A stretch of DNA of 64,000 nt from Oikopleura dioica (lineage: Eukaryota; Animalia; Chordata): assembly GCA_907165135.1 (NCBI GenBank), contig OU015569.1:7688001-7752000 (forward strand), written 5' to 3'. Below the pieces are notes generated by a model, which ran no database searches, was not told where the DNA came from, and was given only the letters and a program-made list of their open reading frames with translations. A program made the translations under genes and the position numbers. Below, one piece after another: positions 1-9,835 of the stretch (its first letter is position 1; each line of letters begins with the position of its first letter).

Positions 1-368
1 TGGTTTGCATCATCTGTGCTCTATGAATTTCATAATCCTTTATCGAGAGGACCGTAAGTCGTTGAAATTCCAAGCATCTTGTAACATTCTATCTATAGAT
101 ACGTTGGCCAAGGTGTTCGCGGGAGCTATTCTCAAAGCTATTATGGAAATAACGGTGATCGTTTCGTCTACGGGGAGTGTCTCTTCCTTGGTAAGTTTTT
201 TCATCGGGATGAAAAGAACATTAAATCAAGTTACTGGAGTATTGGTAGTTTCTGATGCAACGCTTCAATTTTAACGCCAGACGTTTATTGACGTCGATGC
301 GGTGTTTTCAAAAGAATGAAGTCTAGAATATATTCTCTTAACGTCATTTGCTATTATGAAACTTTCTC

Positions 369-620
369 TTAGGATGGGCCGCTATGGTCTTGGGAATTGT
401 CAGCGGTGCTCTTTTCTGCTGCAACGGCTACTCCTCGCTCAACGAAGAAGACGACAACAGGAGTTTTAATGCGGCCTATCAGCCTCCGATGGACTACGGC
501 CGTCCCAAATCCATGGGTCATGAATACATCTAAGCAGGAGGTGCAGAATTTATGTCCATTTCCGCAAGACCCTTTCGACACACCTTTATTGCACTTGTTT
601 TCTACTAACTCACTGCAACA
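369..620 (-). CDS. Possible exon(s) of an uncharacterised gene with a Cys/His cluster (RING-like?), divergent from POP1
   Basis: Minus-strand open frame reads ENKCNKGVSKGSCGNGHKFCTSCL, resembling the C-x-H-x-F-C-x2-C core of RING/IBR fingers; full gene structure not resolved. Confidence 0.25.
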   Translation of the reverse strand, partial: CCSELVENKCNKGVSKGSCGNGHKFCTSCLDVFMTHGFGTAVVHRRLIGRIKTPVVVFFVERGVAVAAEKSTADNSQDHSGPS

Positions 621-770
621 ATAATACTCGAATCTTATTCAAAGATATGTGCCAATACCTGTCTGCGAGATTACCAATTTACTGACTTCATTGTTCCTAT
701 CATTCCGAAAATAAACTCGACCTTGTTAAATATATTTTTCGTTATGTAAACGAATATATTCACTGGCAGA

Positions 771-2347
771 ATGAGTGTCGAAAGGATGGAAACAAGTAGT
801 TCTGGAGATGGAAAAAAGGAGCTTACGGGTCGAGCTCGTCGTAAAATGTCAAAGATGTTGAAGCAACCAGCTTCAATCATTGTCGAGGAGGATTCTGACG
901 CGCGCTTGAACGTGTCTGAGGTTTGTTTTAGATCAAACATATTATCTAATACCAATAACTCAGCTTGTCGAAAAAAGAAGAAGTGAACTTGAAGCAATGT
1001 TGAATATAATTCACGATCCACCATCAACAAGGTCTGCTTTGCAACGTATTTCCCGCTGCAAGCGCCGAAGGGCTTCCGCTCACAATCTGAAGAGGCTCCC
1101 CAAAAGCGTCCGCACTTTGATTGTGACGAACGAGTATACTGAACGAGCGGGGTATGAGTTATTAAGGAATATGTTATGAATCTATTTAATTCAGTTTGAA
1201 ATCATACAAGCGCAGAAAGCTTGCAAAGCGTGAACTACTTTTCAAAGAAGGGAATCAATCTGAAAACGTCAACACGCCTAGTCGGCTTGCCACACATGTA
1301 TGGTTTGCTAAGCGGTTTCACATGATTGTTAAATTTGGATGGCATCTTCCTCTATGTCCTACTGAGAAAAAGCTCAAACATTGCATGAAAATCTGCGCTG
1401 GAAAAGTGCCTGGAACAGTTGGATTTGACTTTTCTTTCATCAAAAAAAGGGACGACGAACAGGAGAAGAATCTATCGAGAATGATTCTGATCGGAACGCT
1501 TGCGGAAGAGATGTGTGCGAACTCGAAAGTAGTTGTCGATCAAGAGTTACAAGCGGGTTATGTTATCGCCTACATGGAAAATGAAAATGCCACGAAATTC
1601 ATAACCGAACTAATCATGTCAAAAAGTAATTTGCGATTTTACTTTACGATGTTAAATATTCTTCAGATGGGCATGTGGGAGGATTGGAGCTTTGGCAGTT
1701 ACACAGATGCGCCCGTGGGAGTTTAACATTCCCCGATGACTTCCCTGATTGTGAGGAAGGAAGGAAAGTAATCAAGGCTGAACTAGGGCGTATAGACACT
1801 CAATACCGGCGAAAGTAAAGGGAGAATCTTTATATCGATAATCTACTGCGGGATAAATTTCCAACGCAGCCCTGCTGATTAAATATTTATACTTCATCCC
1901 GAATGAAAGCCAAAAGGAAAGAACAAATTCTTGAGCGTTAATCTTCTTGAAAATGTGGAACGCTCTCTCCCATCACCTCCTGGGGTTAAAATTGATGATG
2001 GAGATCCAATAAAACAAGTTCGACTCATCGCTCATGGAAGGGGAAGACCGGAGAAGTTCGCTGTTGTTGCTTCGTATCCATCAAACGTTCCAGAGTACGA
2101 TGTGTATTCAGTTTTGGACACGAAAAAGCCGATTACCGGCGATTTCAATGGGATAGGCTTTGTTACTTCTGTATCCCAGGATATAACAGCTGGGGTCAAC
2201 GTTGGTATCGCTACGATTAAATCGACGATTGCTGCTTGTAGGCCGGAGAAAGTTATTTATCGAAATTTGCACTGGAATCACTGGAGGGTTGCGAAAGTCG
2301 AGTATATAGAAACTGGGGACGATCTCTCCTTTCACCTATTAAAATAA
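771..2347 (+). CDS. POP1: RNase P/MRP protein subunit POP1 (multi-exon)
   Basis: Exons encode RRRASAHNLKRLP, LATHVWFAKRFHM and GGLELWQ...FPDDFPDC plus C-terminal GFVTS, matching the POP1 N-terminal and POPLD motifs; GT-AG introns of ~43 nt (e.g. 1152-1194). Confidence 0.9.
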
Positions 2348-2572
2348 ATTCTTACGCTTGAAGACGTGCGTCTTGATAGAATTAAGTATCTGTTTGATGC
2401 AAAATTCTAGGGAAAGAATGTTAAGTGCTGATTTATTTGAAGATAGAAAGGTGAATGCTTTACATAAGAATTTGTGCTGTTTTTTTACAGCACCATGCTG
2501 GTATAGCAGTTTCAGGCAGTTACAGTAGTGATCAACTCAATTTCAAAGTTTAGATTAATTTTGAGGTCGTTA

Positions 2573-5500
2573 TTAGAATGCGGAATGTTCTGTAACGGGT
2601 TCCGTGTAGAGTGGATTTTGTTTGTACTGGTTCGCCTCTAGCGCTTTCTTGTGATCCAGATACTCTTTCCTGAGAAAACATTTTCAAAAATGATAATTGA
2701 TGTGTACTGACCTTCGGTAGTACCAGATCCCAAACCATGAAATAAGCAAGATAATCAAACCAATTACCAGAAAGGCAAGGAATACCAAAATACTTAATGA
2801 AGCTGCATTGATAGGGAACAAATTGCAATCTGGAGCTCCAATAATAATGTTTGATTCGGTCTTTTCGTCATCGTTCTTTCGTGCTAAATAATTAATTTGG
2901 AGTTTTCACCAAGATGGAAAATCTTACCCATAAAGGCCTCTAATGTGCAGGATTCCCCATCGACTATCGTCATATATGTACATCGCTGCATATCATTGCC
3001 TTCTTCCTGGACTTTTGACTCTTCAGTAAAATGAAGCGGTGCATTCTTGAGAACATAGGAGCCATCTTTCCTCATTTGCAAGTCTTTGAAATCATCGGGG
3101 CATTTATTACCACACTCTTCTCTTACGACGAAATCACTCCCATCTTCCAAAGAGTTTTGGTCTTTTGCCGCATAGAGACAGAGTGCACAATCTATGGAAA
3201 CTGTCCTGTCTGATGTTGATAGAGAAATTTGTACCTTGAATGGTATCACATGTATCAATGTAAGTTTGGCAGTTATCGTTGGGGTCGTAGTATCCGAAAC
3301 TGGTTTGTTTACATCTGCAAACTCCACATTCACATTCTCCATTTCCAGCACATTCAACGCCACCGACCATACAGCCACTCACGCTAAACTCAACGTCATA
3401 AGAAGTGATTATGATTCACGAATGTGGGCAAATTTTACATACTCGCTACTACAAGCGCAATCTTTGCCTTCCCATCCTTCATCACAGGCGCAAAGGGTGC
3501 TTTTACAATCGCAAGTTCCATGTCCGGAACATTCCATACCGCCCGTGCTTGGGCAAACACTTGTATCACACTCACAGAACTCGCCATCAACTCTAAATCC
3601 TGTGTCTTCCTTGTTACATGCACATTTCCCGCATTCGCATGTTCCTTTTCCAGAACACAGACTGAGTTCTAACAAGAAGTCTTCTGAAAGCAAGAAATAT
3701 GTGACTTGCTGATGATGGTTTTTCTTACCTATAGGTGGTGCACAATGTTCAAGGTCCTCTGCTATGTCATTAGAATCAGCACACTCACACAACGCTCCTT
3801 CGAACCCTTCATCGCACGCGCACTCTCCGCAGTGATATTTTCCATTTTGACATTTTATATACGATGGTGGGTTGCTATCACCTTGGCAGTCACAGTGATT
3901 GAGGAAGTGAATTCCTGCATGTGTTGTTTCATCTGTCCCGAAAATAGAAAACTCTTGTTCGAAGGGCATGCAGTCCCCTTCTGGGCAGTCTTCATTCCAA
4001 GTGTATTCGATCATGAAGTTTACTTTTTCTTTCTTTGCGACTTTTTCACAGAGGCATTTGTTGATATCTAAATTACATCAGTTTGATTCTGATTCCATCA
4101 ATTACCTTCGCATTTGACGTAATCCTCATCTTTTCCGCATTTTTTGTAAACGACAACGTGCAAGTGATCAGGGTGATTTGCAGAGCCTCTGAGAAGAACT
4201 TTCTCCGCCATTTTTTCATACGCGGCGACAATCATATCGATAGCTTCCCCATATTCATTTTCGCCTCCGTTGCTTGACAATAAGCCTGCTTCAGCATTTG
4301 GCAAGATTTTCGCAAGTTCCTTGTATGCGTCGAGAGGATTTACTTGATTGTTGCTGCTTGGAATCGTCAGGAAATAAATTCCGACTCCACTTCCCTCAAC
4401 GGCTTCATAGATTTGGCCGATAGATGGATAATCAATATTAGTCTCATAAAAGGGCCAGTTTGCGCCCTTGTGACATTGACCGTCATTTGCATTGAAGAGT
4501 CCACCAATAAGGCCGTCGCCCGCTGCTTTGTAAGACGCATCGGTTGTGACAACAAGAAGTTTGAAGGCGCCGCTGTGCCACCCAACACCGCTGTCCCGTT
4601 CGCAACGAATACTTTGAAGAATTGCGTCGAGCACCGCTTCAGACGGGTCAATGTTATCTGACGTGCTCATCGACGTGAGATCTTTCTTCGTCCTTTCTAC
4701 GTTCGACGTCAGTCGTGAAGTAATATCAAAGGTGAAAGTGGGACTGCATATTCGATTATTTCCGTCTCTGGCGCAAGGATTCTTAATGTGAGCTGGATGA
4801 TCGTAGAAAAACGGCGCGACGGGGCGATCGACAAAAGCACCGAAGCCAATTCGAAATTGGTCATCATTTCGGGAGTCATCATTGTTCGGGTCGACTGCGA
4901 ATACCCTCATACGATCTACCAGCGTTGGAAAGAACTCTTTCACATAATTCATGTATTTTTGCATGGAGTCTTGGTTGGATTTAACTTTTTTTTACATAAA
5001 AATAAATAAGTTGGTCAAGAACCAAAAAAGAATTTTCTCTAGAAGACACTCAAATAGTTTTGACAAAAACTTTTCACCTTCAGTTCGCGAGTAAGCATAG
5101 CCAGGTTGCAGAATTTCTAGGTTACTTGAATTTCGTGAAATCCCTGCGTGAAAGGTCCAACAAGTAGAATAGATCAATGTTCGCATACTCAGGCCGGGTG
5201 AATTCCAGAGAGACATTATACGGGAAATTTCTTCTCAAGGTTATGTTAACTTTACGAGGCATAAGAGACTGCTCCATGGGATCGATGTAGTCCGTGTCCG
5301 ACTTCGGCTGGATAAATGTCCGGCAATTTCCGGGCGCGTTTCTAGAACGACATCGGACCTTGTTAACTTTTTTCAATTCGTTCTCGTCCAGAGGGTCACT
5401 ACACCAGATGCAATCGGGATCCACTTTATTACATTTCATAATTTTAATTATTAGTTATTCTAATTATAAAAAGTCTTTTGTTTTCAAATAAATTAAAGCA

Positions 5501-5636
5501 ATAATTTTATTTTTGAAAGGTTTCCTGCCATACACTCTTCGCAAGATGTAATTGTAGCATTTTGGCAAGTAGAACTGGCAAGTATTGTCTTCAAAGATAG
5601 TAGGAGTAAGACCCAGCGACCATAACTCTCCCACAT
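2573..5636 (-). CDS. Integrin beta subunit (signal peptide, PSI, beta-I domain, I-EGF repeats, tail, TM, short cytoplasmic tail)
   Basis: MWESYGRWVLLLSL signal; CEEC..DPDCIWC PSI; DLFYLLDLSHS MIDAS; FRIGFGAFVDRP; NIDPSEAVLDAILQ; repeated CSGxGxCxCGxCxC EGF units; TM SILVFLAFLVIGLIILLISW; NPLY. Orthology to a vertebrate subunit cannot be assigned. Confidence 0.95.
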
Positions 5637-6311
5637 GCTTTTTTCGCTCGGCGCTCTCTCTCTTTCTTATCTTGTCTCTTTACTCCTTGAAGATTCGTGA
5701 TCTGGATAGCGCGACCAGCTTGTTTATGACCGTTTTTGAGTACTTTTGAGGAATAAAAATAAAAAATCTAACCGGAACAGCCCAAGTTGAAGATTTTAAC
5801 GATCCATTGTAGCTCTATCGAGCTGCTTGAGCGCCTTTTTTATCCATTGTGACTCAGAAAGATGATTGCTCCGGGCAGTGGCGCGCATTCACTGGAATGT
5901 CGCCTCGAAAAAAGAGTTGCTTTTTTTGGCGATGGCCCTGGCTTCTTACTCGACTGCAATAAATTTAGTAATGAATGCGCCTGCATGAATCACACCAACT
6001 CTCAGCTGGGGTTCTCTTCGTTGATTTCATTGCTTTCGGATTCAAACTAACTTATTCACGTTATCTGCTTATTCAGAATCGTGGAAAGTAAATTTTTACT
6101 TCTCGCTTTATTATCTCTATAATTGAATTTATGTTATAAATTTACCAAGGTGAAAAATGAAAAAGCACACTGAACAAAATCGGCAACAAGAAAGAGATTT
6201 ATTTTCTAATGCTGTTTAAAATTACTATTTGAAATTGAAACTAAGTTTTGCTTTACAAAAATCTATAAAGAAATTTTACCTTGTTCTCATACAATCAATA
6301 TTTTCAATAGA

Positions 6312-6575
6312 ATGGTAAACCAAGACGAACAAGAATGCGAATTCTCAGAAGACTACCGTCAAATGGCAGCTGAAATCAACCGCATGAGAGCAAGTCTCAA
6401 TTCAATGCAAAAGCAGGCCGAGGAAAAAAGAAGAGGAATGACTCGTGAAAGGTAAAGACAGTACACTTTTTCGTAACTCACCAAATTTCGAAGAGCAACA
6501 ACGATCGAAATTGCCGTTTGGTCCTGCATCGTCGTCGCCCTCATCGGCTCTCTTATCTCGAAATACTTTCAATAA
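6312..6575 (+). CDS. Small (~73 aa) coiled-coil protein with C-terminal transmembrane helix
   Basis: Two exons joined by a GT-AG intron give MVNQDEQECEFSEDYRQMAAEINRMRASLNSMQKQAEEKRRGMTRE-RATTIEIAVWSCIVVALIGSLISKYFQ*; ATG preceded by tag-a acceptor-like site. Confidence 0.55.
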
Positions 6576-7061
6576 CTGTCAAAATGCAATCTATTTTTTA
6601 TTTACCAAAAAGCACTCTTTTTATCCTTTTTTCAATTTTTACTTTTAGAGACTCTTAATTTCAGAACATGATTCGGGTGAATTTAAGCGTTTATTTAAAA
6701 CTGTTTATTTTCGCATTTGTAGCTGGATATTTCTCATATTACCTCGGTAGAGTTCTGGCAATGCTCACATCCCCTCCCCGCTAACATTCTTTCACCTGCG
6801 CTGTATCAACATTGTTCCATTTTTCGCACAAAATAAAGTATTTTTTCACACTTTTGCTTCTTCATTCTTGTATCTAAGCTTGAAGATCATTTGAAAATCA
6901 ACAAGGAAAGGCTGTCTGACAGTGTCTCTATCTTTGACAGAGACGGCGTCTTAGGTCGCTGAGATGCCAGGACAGTTTCTGAAAATGATCATTTAGCATC
7001 GGAAATCACTATTTGGGACCTATATTGACCGGTGCAAGCAACTATAAGAAGGCTGTAAGGC

Positions 7062-8808
7062 TTAATCTTTGGGCAACCTTGATTTACTAGTAGATGTGCA
7101 TTGGTACGAGTAAGAATCTCCATTTAAACTTTTGATAGTACAGCAAATTCGTGTTAATTGGCTGCGTGACACTATTTTTCGGTTCCTTAATAAATTTAGA
7201 TTTTGGACTAAGGCCAATTGGTGTACAGCAGCTTCATCGCGCAACAGCTTCAGGTAACCTGACGTAACTTACTTCGGTCGATCCGACGTAATTCTTGAGC
7301 CCAACCACGACCTTTTTCCGACTTAAAGATCACTGGATCGCTGTCAATAGCAAGCCTGTCAATAACATCTGGAAATGAACTCTTTACGCGAAAAGAATTA
7401 GCTCTTTTGGGTTTACTTTCGAACCCGAAACAGGGTCAATTGCTGACGAACCTAAGAAACATCTCGAAAATGATCCGGGCGAGTCGCATTTTCAATATTG
7501 AAACGAGAACACCCCGATTAAGAGCTCAAAGCTACGGTTTTAAGAAAAGAGGTTATCTTTCATGTCTTCAATTGATGAGAGGCGGTGGGTGCGAAACTAT
7601 CGGTATTTTTCGATGGCCGGAAAAAAATCCGTGAGAAGACTTTAATTAACTTTCGATTATGTTCCTATTCTCAAGTGTGTCGGATAGAATAAGCTTTCCG
7701 ATCTGAATCCAGTAGATTTGGATGAACCTTCTTATGACCTCTGTAAGAGTTTGCGTCCCTGTTATGCAATTTCTCCGCCCCTTAAGGGTGTCCCCAACGA
7801 TTTTTTTGAAACAGGATCAACTTTGAGTTAATAATTCTACTAAACGGATACTTTTTACACAAGAAATCAATTTGAATATTATTATTTGGACCCTTCTTTC
7901 TGCATTAATCGAGACCGATTTTGTAGATTTTGATCCGTTAATCCCCTACCGCCGCTTCAAAGAAGGTCGACTTCTGTAATCTCGGGTAACTTTGAGATCG
8001 TTTTTCTCAAAATCTACTCGTTCAAATCTCAAATTTCGAAAAGAATTATGTTGCTTGAACACTTCTCTCTGCATTAATCGAGACAGATTTTTTATAATTA
8101 TATCAAATGCATATATAAATATACAATATATAAAATGATGATTTTAACAAAATTTGAACCAAATATTAAGGCTCTTCTCGCTTGATTTTTTCTCCGAATT
8201 TCAGTTTGAACATAGTTCGATCCTTCAACAAGGCTCCCATGAGCTCAGATTGTCCACCGATAAGTAGGTTAATCCCCTTTTCCGGCGCCAAAGCGTAGGT
8301 GTTTTCGAGTTTTGGCGCGCTCTTACAATAAGTAAAATTCATCGGATCTTTTTGAAAATGGTATCAGCAGAAAGGAAATTTTTCAAGCTTTCAGGAGATA
8401 TATAATTTGCTACACTTAATTGAGAATTTCAAAATAGCCATTTTCACAGTGCATTTCTATCGAAGGCTAATGCATTAGCGCGCTTATAGAAAAAGCCATA
8501 TCTCGAGAAGTAGATAAGATATTGAAGATCTGAAAAAAGGTTCGGAATCAGAATTTCCTAAATAAGAAGAAAAATTTGAGTCACCGAATTAGACAGTCTC
8601 GGCCTCGATCGTTGGGGACACCCTTAAGGACCCAACTTTTCTGCGGCTTGACATAGCTTTTTTGCTGTTCAGAGGCATCGAGAGAAATTTTCTTCGTAGA
8701 ATCGGTTGTTTTTATTTGAGCCGGGCGGTGCTCAGAAGAGACTCGCTGGAGCGGCTCGAGCTCGCCAGTCCAGCGAGCTACTGATGACCCCGAAATCGAG
8801 TTCGCCAC
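7062..8808 (-). CDS. Uncharacterised multi-exon gene, apparently interrupted by the MITE (possibly a disrupted allele)
   Basis: Phase-compatible GT-AG-bounded exons at ~7520-7440, ~7390-7270 and ~7230-7062 (RANSFRVKSSFPDVIDRLAIDSDPVIFKSEKGRGWAQELRRIDR...); upstream frame is open across the empty TTAA site when the element is removed. Confidence 0.4.
7786..8623. mobile_element. Non-autonomous DNA transposon (MITE), 838 bp, TTAA target duplication, Kolobok-like termini
   Basis: Perfect 16-bp terminal inverted repeats GGGTGTCCCCAACGAT (7786-7801) / ATCGTTGGGGACACCC (8608-8623), flanked by TTAA at 7782-7785 and 8624-8627; internal direct repeat TCTGCATTAATCGAGAC at 7899 and 8068; AT-rich interior with no transposase ORF. 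Confidence 0.85.
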
Positions 8809-9038
8809 TCATTATGTAAAGATTTCCGAGTCTATCACTTACGTAAGAGGGGATCGAGCCAATCACACTTCGTTGGCCGCTGGTATTCGCCTATTACGTC
8901 ACTATGCTGTAACTTGTTGAATAAAAATGACCCTCCTTTTCTTATGCTACCATTTTTCCCTTAAAAAACCTCTGAGAAAGAAACCTCTGAATAAGAAAAA
9001 TAAAACCACTCAAAGTCGAAATCCGTCCACTGCAGAAG

Positions 9039-9368
9039 ATGTCGTCGAAGACTGCCAGCCCAACGAAAGAGAAATTCACACCTTCCGCAAGACCGCTCAA
9101 ATGCAAATTCTGTACGTTGAGTAATCGTCGAAAATTGCCGTTCTTAACTTTATCCATAGGTTGGCGGAGATTTAAATACAGAGACTGCCTGACAGACCAC
9201 ATGCGCAGGGATCATCTACAGACGATCATGAACTCGATCATTGAGCGAAAGAAGAGCCAGCTGAGCCAGTCGGGTGGTCTCCTCGTCATCGAGCAGCACG
9301 AGATCGAGGCGGAGCTAGACGAACGCAAGCCTGTCCGCGTCTCTGTCATCAAACGTCTTCCCAACTAA
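9039..9368 (+). CDS. Small protein with one atypical C2H2 zinc finger
   Basis: CKFC...HMRRDH motif; removing an in-frame 39-nt GT-AG intron gives CKFCTLSWRRFKYRDCLTDHMRRDH. Confidence 0.55.
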   Translation: MSSKTASPTKEKFTPSARPLKCKFCTLSNRRKLPFLTLSIGWRRFKYRDCLTDHMRRDHLQTIMNSIIERKKSQLSQSGGLLVIEQHEIEAELDERKPVRVSVIKRLPN

Positions 9369-9835
9369 CTTTCTCCCGAACAACTGACTCATCGGTCCAC
9401 GAAGATAAACTGAAGAGATCAAACTAAAACTATCATCTGCATTTCACCGCAACTGCCTCTTTCAAGATTCCAAATCTGCAGTCAAAAATACAAAGAATAA
9501 ACTATCATTCACTTCTTTACCCCTGCGCTTGATTTTGTAAATATGAAATCATGGAGGAGTCAAGTCAAACACGCTTCTTGTTATATATTAAATAATAATA
9601 TATTTCACATAAATGTACAGTCAGAAGGTCTGAAAGGGATTGTGTAGCAGTGTATTAGGTTGAAGAGATCAACCTTTGTCAATTGTTATTTTAAGTCGGG
9701 CTCCAATAGCAAATGAGCAACCGTAAAACAGATATATAAATAAGCAGATATTCTGAAGGGAGATAAATTATCTCAGATAATTCTTTGATTGAGCAGCAGT
9801 TCGATAATGTACAAAAAAGGGCCGTATTCTTCTTT

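Noticed and set aside
1150-1195. Apparent GA donor (AG|gaatat) in POP1 intron 2
   Set aside because: A canonical GT donor (GG|gtatga) gives the same phase and a typical 43-nt intron.
2810-2835. Suspected frameshift just before the integrin TM helix
   Set aside because: Recounting the bases gives an intact frame (APDCNLFPINAASLS).
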